Positions 12,276 to 25,088 of a stretch of DNA of 64,000 nucleotides are shown here, piece by piece. Below the pieces are notes generated by a model that had not been told where the DNA came from, did not search any database, and worked only from the letters and a program-made list of their open reading frames with translations. Made by a program: the position numbers and the translations under genes. The stretch's first letter is position 1. Each line of letters begins with the position of its first letter. Source of the DNA: Camelus dromedarius. Lineage: Eukaryota. The stretch covers positions 68,884,001-68,948,000 of the forward strand of contig NC_087437.1 of NCBI RefSeq assembly GCF_036321535.1, in the 5' to 3' direction.

Positions 12276-13115
12276 TGTACTCATCCACCTTAATTGAGAC
12301 TTAAAGCATTGAATTGTGTTTGGCTGTCATTGTGGGATATCTTCCTTATGTTACATATAAAAAAAAATTTCACTTTTTCTGACTTTGCTTTTCCTGTCTT
12401 CCTCTTCTTTCACCCTTCAACAAGATATATTTGTGAAGATGGATGTATTTTGAGAGAAATGGCAATGGAAGGAAAGGAGAGCCGGTACCTGAGCAGGAAA
12501 GATGTGCAGAAGGGAAACAGTATTAAAGGAGGACTATGAGAAATTAAACAGATAGATTTACAGAAACACCAAATAATTCTTTCCGTGCATGTCTTTATCT
12601 CTTCCCATTATTCTCTTTGAAGAGCACGAGCCCTGTAATTTCTCTCTTTGTCTTTCTTGTCCTCCACTGAATCTCCAGGACTCCTAAAACAAATCAAATC
12701 AAGAATTAACCTTTTAAGCATGAAATATATCTCTTTGCTATGCTATGCGTGTCCCCTATAAGTCATTCTGTGGAAGGAGTCTGGGAGATCGGCGCTGCCC
12801 CCATCCTCAGGTGACTATTCGGAAAGTGCTCGCAGCCGCCCCCTCATTTACGATGAGAGCTTTTCCCCGGCTGAAATGCTGTTTTGCTCCAGCCTGGGGT
12901 AGGAACAGACGTTTCAGATAATTTCCTCATGCAATATACAGCAACACCACAATTAGCAAACTAGCACGGTGGCAAGATTATGGGCCCAGAGGAAAGAATG
13001 GTAAAATATAATTGTGTGTGAGTAACAAAGTAATTCTGTGGCCTCAAGATGTCAAATGATGCTAAGACCAAATCACAAGGGAAAATATCAAGAAGGCAAG
13101 GCAATTCCAATTCTT

Positions 13116-13272
13116 GTTTTTTTGGAGATATATATATATGTATAAATGTGTATAGTTAGTTTACAGTCTTGTGTCAGTTTCTTGTGTACAGCAACCCTCC
13201 TACACTGTTGGTGGGAATGAAGTTTGGTGCAGCTGTTATGGAAAACAGTGCGGAGATTCCTGAAAAGATTAA
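13116..13272. mobile_element. Short L1 insertion with internal inversion
   Basis: About 13116-13192 is a minus-strand L1 3' terminus (tatagttagtttacagtcttgtgtcagtttcttgtgtacagc). About 13193-13272 is plus-strand ORF2 C-terminal sequence (aaccctcctacactgttggtgggaatg...ggaaaacagtgcggagattcc). Confidence 0.8.
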
Positions 13273-13389
13273 AATCCCACATCTTAGCCTCTTTTCCCAT
13301 GTTGTGTTGCCCGAGGCTGCTCCCCTACAGGACTCTGAGCAGCTATTCCTAGCCAGCTCAGTGCCCCTGGCCGTAACACACATGAAGAT

Positions 13390-13590
13390 AGCAATGGTAA
13401 CCATTTACTGGTGCCTCATTTAGGCCAGCACGGTATACTGCTCCCTTGACTCCCCCCCTTCGCCCTGCAAAGTTGGTACAATGATATTTGGTATCATTGA
13501 ACAGAGACATTAAATAGCTTGTCCAAGGTCACAGAGGCAGGAGTTTGTCTGGCCTGTGATTCAAACATAGCTGAACCTAACTCAAACTCT
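13390..13590 (-). mobile_element. MIR SINE fragment
   Basis: 'taaccatttactggtgcc...taaatagcttgtccaaggtcacagag'. Confidence 0.6.
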
Positions 13591-13738
13591 GCTCTTGCCA
13601 TGACTCAAAAGGGGAGTGGAGCCAACCCAGAGGTCTTTGATATCTGTCCACTCTCTATAAGTAGCTGTGCTCTAAATGCACAGGCTTTAAGGAAAAAAGA
13701 AAGAATTCTAAGAGAAGAGGATTTTTCTTCCCCTAAGG

Positions 13739-13952
13739 CAATGTTTCCAACGTTTTTCAATATTATCATACCTCATGAGCCTTTTTAATCCATTTTTTCC
13801 CTAATTGCCACCCTCCCATCAAATGTTAATACTATAATACACTGGATATCTTTTTTAGATATGGTGACCCTTTGGGAGAGTGCAAATCTCTGTAATAGCT
13901 CAGTTTTTTCCCACCCCCTCAGGGCTGATACTGCCCCTGTTGAGAATGTACA
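13739..13952 (-). mobile_element. MER112-like hAT-Charlie MITE
   Basis: 'caatgtttccaacgtttttc...cctttttaatccattttttccctaattgcc...ctgcccctgttgagaatg' matches the reverse of the recalled MER112 consensus, with degenerate terminal repeats. Confidence 0.7.
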
Positions 13953-14459
13953 TTCTCAAGTGACACCGCCCATCCCTGAAGCTCCTCTTTTCTTCAAAAT
14001 ACCCAACAATGAAGACAGAGGTCTTTTTCATCCTCCAACCAGTCTGGTAGAAGAAATGGATTATGGAAGAATCTCATTGATGAACATCCACAGTTGATCA
14101 ATTTAGGAAAAAAATGGGTGGGGGGAGCTATTCAGAGCGTTCTGAGCACCTGCAGCCTCTCAAGGGGGAGAGTCGACTCCAAGGAAAGCAAAGCAAACAA
14201 GGCTGCAGTTGTAGAATCAGAACCATCACCGACCATTAATTGTTTTTCTTGTAATTGTTGATTTATCTGTAATTTGATTGTAGAATCCAGGCTTTTATAA
14301 TAAACCTTGGGCTGGACTATCCAATTAAGAATATAGCAGCTCAAAGGAATCCAAACACATGACCGGATTTACTGAGAGACCGAGGTGATTTTTAGCAGAG
14401 GGACCAATTAAAATCTCCAGGAAAGTGGGAAGAGATTTAGATTTAAATTGAATTAGCCG

Positions 14460-14690
14460 TTACTAAGCACTCACAATACACCAGATCTTGGTCTCAATGT
14501 TTTTAACGTTATATGTCTAAACTCCATAATAACCCTGTGAGGCGGTTGGAAAGTCTCACCTTTTACAGCCCAGGAACCTGAAAATCTACACAGATATCCA
14601 CAACCTACTTGCTCAAGATCACGTAACTGTGGAGCAGCAGGGTTAAGGGTCAAGGCCAGACATGCTTCAATAAAATCCGAAGTCTTCCTT
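14460..14690 (-). mobile_element. MIR SINE
   Basis: 'ttactaagcactcac...ccataataaccctgtgagg...ttttacagcccaggaacctgaa...acttgctcaagatcac'. Confidence 0.7.
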
Positions 14691-15249
14691 TTTTTCTGAT
14701 TGCTGTTATTCTCCACTTCACATGAATCCAATGCATGAAAATGCATTTTTACAAGAAACATCATATAAACTTCAAATCACCAAATATTGGCATTTATATA
14801 TGTACACACACACATATGTAAGAATTACATCAAAGTTATTTAGAAAATTTGACATCAACTTCTATTGTTTGTCTTTTTTAAAGGAAGAGCTTTCAAAAAC
14901 CATACATTTTGAAAGGTATCTATGAACATGCTGACTGGCAAGGAAAGATGATTTTTATTCTCTCCCCAAGCCTCTTCTAGTTTCTTAATTTCTTTTTCCT
15001 TTATCTGAAACTGTCACAGATCAAAACTCAGAACAAAGGAGCAGAATATAAATTACTGTGCTTGGGTGTGGGATCTGAGCTAATAAGATTCCATCTGAAA
15101 TTGACTGTAACATGCAAAATTGGGGGAAAATAACCCTAAGCATCTCATTCCTGGCTCAGCCTGTGGAGAGCAGTCACTCCTCTTGGTTTTTCTTAACCCT
15201 TGGTATCCTGACCAAGCATCATGACGAAGAGCTGTTTAGTGAGTCCGTG

Positions 15250-15900
15250 CTGACTCATTCATTTGTGCCGGGCTTGTGCTGGACACCAGCTAAGCAGGAG
15301 TATGTTAATCAGGCAGGACTCCCTGTCCTCCAGGAGCTACGGTCTAGGTCAAATGAAACAAGAAACAAGTAGATGCATATCTACTTACAGTTTTGATAAG
15401 TATTTGAATGAAAAGACCAAGGTGCCTTGACGGAGAATAAGAGTGGGGATGGTACAGGCCACTTCAGAAGAGGAGGTTAGTTCTGAGGAGATAAGATTTA
15501 ATTGTGGATGAGTACTTGGCCATGAGAAAGGAAGGAAGATGGGCTTGCAGCCTGCAAGAGTAAGAAGGCTCTGAGGAGGAAATGGGCCTGGGATATTGGA
15601 GGAAAGAAAGGAGGCCAAAGTGTCTGGGGTGCTGTGGGAAAAGGCGGGGAGTAGCCAGGGAGACACTGGAGATTCCAGGAAGGCCACTGCCACCAAAGAG
15701 TAGAATCTTATTCCAAGAGCTATGGGGACCCTTTAAAGGGGTTCAAACCAGAGAACAGCAGGGTCTGCTTTGTATGTTTAGAAGGTCACTTTGGCTGATG
15801 GGAAGGGGAGAAGGAGGCAACACAGTCATCAGTAAACAGTTGTCTGTATTGCAGTGTCCAGACTGTGTGTTGTTTGGCTAGACTAGTGTGGCAGCCGAGG
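15250..15900 (-). mobile_element. L2 LINE 3' region
   Basis: Begins with an L2 tail-like 'ctcattcatttg', then 'ccctgtcctccaggagctacggtctagg' and a purine-rich L2 body. Confidence 0.7.
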
Positions 15901-18539
15901 GAAATGGAAATGCGTTGAGACCTAATCTTTGCTTAATGTATTAGGAGGCAGTTCCCTGCAGCTCCACCTGGTGAGGGGGAAGAGATCTCAATGATGAGCA
16001 CACCGTAATCACTCCAAGGCCAGCCTGTAATTGAGTAGACCCAGCATTTACTGGGACAGAATTAGTATGTGGCTGCCCATTGCCAAGTTCTCTCTGGCTG
16101 CACGTATTCTTTGTGACCTTTTTTTCCTCTAGTGGCAGCCTTGAGTGCCCCCCCCAACCCCTGTGCACCAAGGAAAAACACTTGTATGTTAGTATCAGGG
16201 ATAAGGTTGAAGAAGAAGAGTATAGGTGTTGATTTGCCCTGTGATATTTCTTTGTAAACGCCATTCCTCAATGACATGACATGAGATGGATTTTTTAAGT
16301 ACTTAATTTCTCCCACCATAACATCTGAGTCTAGGAAATAACCATACTACTATACTACTATACTAGGAAAAGTGATGGGAGAGATGGATGTAACAGCTTC
16401 TCCTTAAGTATCAATTGGTATGCTAGGTGCATTTGCTAATAGGTACCTTTTGCAGAACTGTACTGTCAAAGCAAAATGATGAAGCCAGTGATAACTCTGG
16501 GAACAGTACAGTCCCTGTTTCTTCTGGGGTCTCCGCCTGGTTTGCACTTTCTGGGTGACAGGTGCTGTCCATCTGTGACCATTCCCCACCTCCAGCACGA
16601 CAGCTTCTCCAGGGTCTGACTCTGGCTGAGCAGTAGTCCTATTAGAAAGCACCCTGATAAGCCCCCATTTCAAAGTACTCGGGAGTATTTGCAGCGTAAA
16701 GGGTGCCTCCTGCGGGGATCTTGCATTCTGACAGAAGCCTCTAGACACCAGATCCTTAACCTACAAGCAGACGTTGCCAGTGGAGAAGCGTCTCGGGGAC
16801 AGGCTGACGGGAATGTTATTTGGGGGCAGTCGTCTTTTCATCAGCCCTCCTCTAATGCAAGCGCAGAGCCACCTGGCTGGCCCGCGTGCTGCTCAGGGTT
16901 CTAGATGGCTTGTTTTCTCCTCTTATTTATGTGCTCAGAGATGACAGCAGCCTCTCAGCACTGGAAACTGGCCGACAGGCAGGCAACCAGCAAGTATTCC
17001 TCAAACCCCCCCGGAGTCCATTGCTCTCTTGAGGCCCAGTTGGGTTGCAGCTTCTGCACTTTTCTTTGAGCCGTACTTTTCCTGACGTGACTTAGCTCAG
17101 GGAGGTTTCTCATTTGGGATGCAAATGTTTATGGGTTAAAAGCTTATTGAAGTATCCCCAGGGTAGGCTGGTTGGGAGAACCAGCATTGCCTTCTTGTCA
17201 CACATTCTTTATCTGGAGCCAGTTAAAAGCCAGAAAAATTGCTTGAGGAGGCATATGGAAGAGTTAGAAAGCAATCAAGGCAACGTTTTCTAAGAAGAAT
17301 GTTAAAATCACAATTGGAAAGAAAAATAAATATGAATCAGGTTCTTTTTCCCCTCATAAAATCATCAATACAATTTCCTAACTCTCTGGGATGGTTTTAA
17401 GGGTGAGTGGGTTAGATTCCCACGTTGTCACATTTTTTTTTTTTTTGAACTTTCAAATGTTCTGGAAAAAATCGGTCTTCTCACACTGAGAAGATACAGC
17501 TGATGCCTGTCATAAGAAGTACATCAGGAATAGAGAAGACTCAAAATAGAAGAGTATTGTTTAAGAGCCCATGGTGATGTTGGCAGAACACAGCCTTCCC
17601 AAATTCTGGGCTTGTGGATTTAGGAGTGATGGCTGAATGTCACAAGTGCGTTGCCCCTGGGAGGCAGAGAGCTCCCTGCCACTGCTGTTAGGAGTGGAGA
17701 GGAGATGATGTTTCTTGGCAAGGAGACTGACCCTCAGGTGCTATGACACTACGGGCTCCCTAGCTCAGGAGAGAATACATTCTGTGAGTGAGTGAGCGTG
17801 CACATGTGGGTGTGTGTTTCATGGTAGGTGGAAAGAGTCTGAAGAGGTCTAGCTCAGATTCCCACCCAGGCAGAAAAAAGTGCTGGCAAGGCTGTCCCTC
17901 CCTTGACTTGGTACAATTTTATTACCCATGTTTTTCCTTAATGTTAAAGTTGTCTACAAAATATTTATAGGATATATAAATGTCTCATATTTACTTCCAT
18001 ATTTAATTCAGGCAGATTCACATGCTGAAGACTCTGAAAGCTCACCGTTGTCTAATGTGTCACCTTCTCTTGGTCCCTGATGCTGTAGCTCAGGCCCTGG
18101 AGTTTCCTACCTAGACGACTTTAATAGCCTTCCAGCTAATTTCCCGACCGCCTGTGTCACCTCTTTGCACCTTATCTTTCTACTACTGCCCCAATGATGA
18201 TTCTAAAGCCCAGATACTGTTGAATCATTTTCTGCTTAAAAGCACTAAGTGGCTCCTAATAGCTTTAGCTGGTACCTAATAGCTAACAATAATATTCTGT
18301 ACTGAGCTCAACCTATGTGATAGACACCATGCTGGACATTTCCACATGGATTCACTCACTGAACTCTCAACATTTCCTTGCTTTATGTTCTAGATCTCAT
18401 TTGCATCCTTTACCATAAGGAGTGAGTTGTAGGATCCGGAACACCAAGAGACAAACATCAGTCAAAGGGTGTTCTTGTTTGTTTGTTGGTTGGTTTTCAT
18501 CTGGAACAATATTCAGCAATATCAAGATTTACCATCTAA

Positions 18540-18812
18540 CATGCTGGAACCTGTGTCATTTATTACATGTCTGAGCCTATCTATGCGACAAGTTCCTAGA
18601 AGGAATTGTTCAGGCAAAGCGTCTGCATGGTTTTGCAAATCAGAAATATATTGCCAGATTACCTTCCTTAAAGGTTGTCCAGTTTACATTCACACCAGCA
18701 ACACGTAAGTCACTTTTTACTCATCTCCTTGTCGACATAAACTTCTTGAATCTTGCTGCTCTGGTAAATGAAAGATAGCATCACCTTGTAGTTTTAATTT
18801 TGCATTTCTCAG
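18540..18812 (-). mobile_element. Old L1 (L1ME/HAL1-like) fragment
   Basis: 'ttcctagaaggaattg...ttgccagattaccttccttaaaggttgtccagtttacattcacaccagca...gtagttttaattttgcatttctc'. Confidence 0.65.
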
Positions 18813-18949
18813 CACCTAAGGGAACATGCACACTGGTCTCCCAGAATACTTGGGAGATAGGTGCTTTAATTATTCACCCTTGTAAGGAGGAAGCTGATCA
18901 AGACACTATCTAGCTTAGTTCTTTACCTTCTTCTCATTAGTCGTTCAGT

Positions 18950-19365
18950 GACGAGTCAGTGCTTGCCCACTGTATTCGGTATTGCAGTCAATGCTGAGCC
19001 GTGTGGGCCTCAGTGTTCCCCACCGTTCACAGGCTCCCCAGATGTACTTCCTTCTCCTCCTCCCCGTCTTGGTCACTCCTTCCCCAGGCAGCTAATTCCT
19101 CCTTATCCTTCAAATCCTTGTCCAAGCATCACCTCCAGGAAGCCTCCCCTGACTTGCATTCTTCTCTTCCATGCTCCCAGAGCACCTTCTTCTGACCTGG
19201 AGCCCAGTCCTTAACACCCTGCATTTGTAGTTTTGTTTCACTGTGACATTCTTGGTGGCCAGACTACATCTCATTTGGCTTTGTTTCCCAATTACTTAGT
19301 CCAACCTTTGGCTCGTAGTAAGTGCTCAATGTATGTTTGTTAAATCAGCTAAAGAATTAATGCTT
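18950..19365 (+). mobile_element. L2 LINE 3' end
   Basis: 'catcacctccaggaagcctcccctgac...ggctcgtagtaagtgctcaatgtatgtttgttaaat'. Confidence 0.75.
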
Positions 19366-19599
19366 GAATACAAAAACCTAGTTGAAAATTCAAATAATGA
19401 AAAGTAAAGGTACATTTTGCACACTACTTTTTTTTCCTCCAGATGAGGCAGTGCTACTTAATTGTTAACACAATTGTATTTGTTTTCAGAGGCTTTATAC
19501 CTTTCTGGAGCTGTTGCTTGAGGAGTTCTGGCTTATTCTTTATTTGAACTGAAGACAGAGAAAAGAGCATATATTTCAGGGATTTTTGTATTGTCTTAG

Positions 19600-19803
19600 G
19601 GTCTTGGGGAGCCCTCTGAGGGGCCCTGAGATGGGCAGTGGGATTTGGGTGTTCACTCTAACTCCAAACTCCCCTTAAGCCCCTCATACACCCCTACCCC
19701 TTTGAACAAAGCAAGATGTCATCTGTCTTACATTTTGGATTTCTGTGTAAGCTTTTTTAATAAAAAAAAAATCTGCAGTTCTGAAATGTTTAATAATCAT
19801 TAG
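19600..19803. mobile_element. MER103-like hAT-Charlie element
   Basis: 'atctgtcttacattttggatttctgtgtaag...aaatgtttaataatcattag' resembles one MER103 end. Confidence 0.5.
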
Positions 19804-22800
19804 AAGAGAAGAAAGCCTAGGTCTTTGAATCAGGAAATGTGGGTTCTAGTCCTCCTCTGCCTTTGGCTTCATGACCTCACACATTTCCACATCTGAGGTC
19901 CAGTATCTTAATCCGTGAGATGAATCCTTCGGGCTCAATGAGGCCAAAGTCCCTTGTAGCTCTAGATCGATGAATCTCTGTATATCCAGGTATGATATCT
20001 AAACATCTGAATCTTCTCTTGTTCTGAACACTCTAGTTCAAATTTCCTTTTTTATTCACCACTTTGACCATAGAGCCCTGCAGCTCTCTCCAGCCCTTTA
20101 AAAAGTCACCATAAGTTTCCAGGGCCTCATGTCTCAGTGGCACTTCCTCTTGTCCTCACCCTGTTCAAAACCTCTCACGAGGGACTCTGTGTCAACCAAC
20201 ACCTCTTATCTCATTGGTCCTCTTACGTACCCACTCATCACACTGATGAATTTCCATCACTCGCACCTCCTTTTCTTACCTGCTTCCCTAGACCTGGAAG
20301 TTTTTTACTTTTACTTATTTATTTTCTGAAACACTCTGCCAGTTAGGCACAGTCCATGAAATCAATTCCATCTGACTAGTTAAGGACAATGTTTATTACT
20401 TCATTTTTGTTTTCTTCGTAGGTCAAAACATTCTACCATGATGGACCTCATTGATATTAAAAAATATATACACTTTTACTTTTGATTGAAAAGTCTCTTT
20501 ATTATGTAGATCCTATTAATCATAGACTGCACACTCCTTGAGGACTAAATTTGTGTCTGTTTTAACTATTGCATAGGTTAGCATTCATGAAACACTTACA
20601 TGAACGTGTGCATTTGTGGCTTTTTGTGTCTAAGAGGACTCAGATTTAAACTCCAAGGGGCAGGGGCTTCCTGGTTTGGAAATAGAGATACTTTGAAAGC
20701 AAAATATAGTTTAAAAATGACTCTCAAATACAGTTTTCTTAGTGCTTTTTTATTATATGTTTTCCCTGTAAAGTAAGAACACCTGTAATTTTGTGGGTAT
20801 CAGTAATGTGTTTTCAAAGAAATCCCCTCTACCTGGTGATAATATCCTGGAAAAGGAGAATTTGTTTGTAGAGTAGAAGGAAAACCCACTTCTGCCTTTT
20901 TCTTTTGTTCTGTCATTCTTGAAAGCCTGCAAGGTTAAAAAAAATAAAATTCTGTCTCAGGGACACTTTGCACTATGTCCTTTCTCCAAATACTGATGTT
21001 TTTGCTACTGCTTGAAAAACACGAGCCTAAGTTCTGAAACACATGTAGGTGGCCAAGTCTTCTGATGTGACACATCTGTATTAATAAGCCAGGGTGGCCC
21101 CAGGAGACAGGCTGGCTTCCTCACTGGGGTCTGCGTGCTTCTGCAGCAGCTCCAGCACATCACTGTCTCTCCCCCATGTCCACCTGATCGTCTACCTGAT
21201 GAACTGACTCCTCCCTCTATTTGGGATGCCTCAGAGGCTTCAAGCCCCTGGAGCCATCATAGGGAATGGCTTTCTTACTCTCTTTTTTTTTTTTTTTTTT
21301 TTCTGATGAGGATGATACCTCTGCCTCCTGTGGGGCAAATTCCTCTCCGGGCTGCAGCATTTTGTGAGCTTATATGGTTCCCTTCCTGAGTCCCAGAAGG
21401 CGGCACCTGTTCCTTAGATGCTGGAATCCATACTGAGTGTCACCACCTCTTAGAAAGTCAGAAATCCCTCCTCTTGTCTTACTACTTGTTGGCAGGTTAA
21501 CTTTCTGTCCTGGAGAGTTTCAGTGGCATATTCAGTGTGAGTAGACGTGACAATGTAGTCTAGTGGTGCACTGAGGAGAAACTTCTTCAGCAGGAAATCA
21601 CCCTCTTTAATCACTTCAAAAAGTGTATTTCCATCCTAAGAGTTTCAGCCCAACACAAAACAACCTAACAGACTAAATAAATACCCAAAGTCCTGTGTGC
21701 TTATCTCTGTCATTCTTCTAATCCCCTTGACATTGGATCATCAATAGATTGAGCCCTGAGGTCCTCTTGTGTCAGCAGCCTTGATGCAGAATTGAGCAAC
21801 AGGAGACAGAGCGTCACTAGCCCTGCCTCCCTCTCACCACCATCCTTTAACTCTCCTAATGTGAGGGAGCCCTCTGGTTTGATTTATTCTTTCAGTTTCT
21901 TTTCACTGGTAAATCAGAAAAGGCAACACCTTTCCATACACATGCTCTAAATCACAGTAGTAACTGAGCCAGATTCTTAATGCCCTTATGTGACCTGAGT
22001 CTGCAGAGTTCTGACTACAAAGATGGTGTGAAGTGTGTTGAGGGGGTAGGGGACGAGGAGGAGCAGGAGCAGAATGGAGACAGAGACGGAGATGCTTGCA
22101 TACGCCAGACACACGTACAGAGGCCTGTCTCACCAATTTCTGGTTCTCAAGACCTTTAGAGGTATTACTGGGGAATTATCTGGATTTTAATACTGTCACT
22201 TGTTGGAAATGTGTTTGCATGGAGCCAAAAACATAAAACAGGGAAAAAGGTAAAACATCCCTTTTATAATTTCTTACCTGTGATGGATAAGAGATTGACC
22301 TTTATCACAGACACAGGTTATAGTTTGGTTTTGTTTTGTTTTGTTGCCTTTTCTTGGTGGCCCTCAAGCTTTTCAATCCACCTTCTTTGTTTGGCTTCCA
22401 GAAGCCTTCAAACTGCAGGTAGTATGGGTGTTGTAGGATTTAGACCCGCTTCTGCCTCCGTCCTGCTTGCCATGCTCTGTTTTGCTCAAAAGCTGATCAG
22501 GACAAAACTCTGTGGGACTTTCTGTATGTTTGATGCAGCACCAAGCTGAATCTGTCTCTGGCGATTGTACTTACGTTGGGACTATGCTTTTATCCCTCTG
22601 TATTTCTTTGGAACAGAAAACAGTCAGTGAAATGCTGTTTGGTGCATGTAAGAAAACATTTAAAGGCACTTCTCCAATACTCACTGTGATACTGAGGGTC
22701 CCAACTGGTCCTTGTGTGTTAAATTTCTAAGATAAAGAGTTGAATTTTATCATTTAGGCAGTGATGTATCAAAGCTTTGTTTCTTTCTTAATCAGAAAAC

Positions 22801-23103
22801 TCCTAGAAGTGCCTCATGACTAATGTTGGTTGATGTTTTAGAGATATTAATTATAAATAAAGGCACATATAAATCATACTCTGGGTCCCCATGCCATTCC
22901 AATTATAATAGCAAAATTTTAATCCTTAATGCTCAAAATACTTAGATGGAAGTTGCAAGTCACTCTCTACACATTATTTTCTACCCTGGTCCCCTTCCCT
23001 AAAGAATTGTGAGCATAACAGCAAACATATATAGGATGGGGGAGTGCAGACAAAAATGGGGCACTTAATGTTTGAATTAATACTCAAAATTATATGCAAA
23101 ATG

Positions 23104-23730
23104 CAGTTGGTTCTTATTTTTCGCACTTGTTATGTTCTGTAAAATTGCCATGAACACTGAATTCGTGAATACTGAACCATTGCTCCTAAGGTAAATACAG
23201 GGTTAGGTCCCTGCAAGCCTGTGGTCACAACATTTCATCAGCTGATCAGTATACAACCTTGTTTTATGTGTGTTTCTGTTTAAAGACACATTATTGAATG
23301 GATGTTGTTGGCTCATTAACACTGAACTGACACCAACAGCACATAACTCATGCATGAGTGAAGCTTGTCTAATTCACATCCATAAGGCTCATCGTGGCCT
23401 TCTTGCACTCAGGGACAGTAGACAGCACTTCAGTGTCACACTTGGGGGCCATTTGAAAGAGCCAAATCCCCGATGAAACACACAAAAATGTAAAAACTGT
23501 GGCATTGAATACATTGAAAGAATGCTTATGTCTAGTCTGTGAGCTGAATCGAGAGGACAGCTCAGCTGGGAACATGCATGTTGTGTGACCATGTCCAATG
23601 TTTCGTTGCTCTGTGCACATCCACACAGGACGGGGAAAGCACAGCAAGTGCTGATTTGGGGATTACAAATGCATTGTAGTGAGTAGGCCAGTTCTCAAAT
23701 ACGGAATCCCCAAATAACGAGAATCAACTG
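23104..23730. mobile_element. MER82 (TcMar-Tigger non-autonomous DNA transposon), near full length
   Basis: Terminal inverted repeats cagttggttcttatt... and ...aataacgagaatcaactg. The interior matches the recalled MER82 consensus, and the minus strand carries the Tigger N-terminal remnant MAPKCDTEVLSTVPECKKATMSL. Confidence 0.88.
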
Positions 23731-24907
23731 TTATTTATCATTTAGACTGAAGGGCCGGACGGTGCCGGCTTCTAGAGAATAGACATTTCCCACCCCCTAG
23801 ACCTCTGTGACCTGGCCAGTCTCCTTTATCTTCCAGAAAACCCTGCCCAGGGGCAGAGGCTTCTTCAAATAGCTGTGGGCTAAGAAAGAAAGTTTATCAT
23901 GTACTGCAAGCAACAGTGTACCTGGAACTACCCATCGTTGTGTGGACACCTTTGACTTAACTTGATTCTTGGAACATTCAGCTTTTAGCTTTTTAAAAAC
24001 TCTTTTTAAAATGCTTACCTGTCTAAAATCTTGCTTATCATTGCGTTTCAGACTTTGCCTATTGCTGTCTTAAATTTGCTTTGTCTTCTTACCTGAAGTA
24101 ACCAATAACCAGCTCATCCTTCATGCCTCTGTAATGGTGCCCTTCCCATCCCCATCACTCTTGACGCCTGAGCCAAGTACAGAGCTTTTCCTTCCTGAGA
24201 GCACTTTTTTTTTTTTCTGAGAGCACTTTTAAATGGAAAATACACATTTAAAATGGATACACCCATATCTCTAAAGATATATACATTTATGTGTGTGTGT
24301 GTGTGAATTACAGGCAAGAGTTATATTTGCAATAAATAGCTCTGAAATTTGGATTTATTTCAATGTTGAATATTAAAATGAAAACATATAATATCCAGGC
24401 ACTATGTAAGATGTTTCTCTTCATCGTAATAGCTGAAGTTTGTGTAAAAAAATCAAGAACACTAAAAATGGTAGACTAGAAGGTCTACCCAGTAGTTCTG
24501 GGCAAAGTACAGAGTTCTTGACTCTGTTGAATTAGATTCTAAATTAGAGAGAAGGCAGAGAGAATACAGAGTCAGAGAGGAGAAATTAGATTGGCATCTA
24601 ATTGAAACTTCTTTAAGAAGAGTGACTGACTTTTCTCAAAAGATGGAATTGTTTCATTAAACTTGTCTCTTATTTTCCAAAAGCTGTATGGCTTAAGGGA
24701 ACTGTTGTAGAGATTTCAGATTCCAGTAATAATTCTTTTCAGACTTTTGGCTTCTGCTAATATTTCTTCTGAGTAACCTGAACAAAATAAACACCACTTT
24801 CTTGACGCCATTGGTCTTGTAATTCTAATGCCTCTAATGCAGTTCTTCTGCTTGGAATTCTGGGTCTCACACGCCTGGTCAGGGATGTTTCTACTTTCCT
24901 CCAATAC

Positions 24908-25088
24908 AGCAGTGTTCAAACTTTAGGGAGCATCAGAAATACCAGGAAGGCTTGTTAAAATTCCTAGGCCCCAATTCTACTTCTGATGAATTTGTAATCA
25001 GGTCCTACCTGAGAATTTGCACTTGTAGCCAGTCTCCAGGTTCTGCTGATGCTGCTGGCCTGGGAACACCACACCTTAGGCACCACTA
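24908..25088. mobile_element. MER5A-type hAT-Charlie MITE
   Basis: 'cagtgttcaaactttagggagcatcagaaataccaggaaggcttgttaaaa...gctgatgctgctggcctgggaacaccacac...caccact'. Confidence 0.85.
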
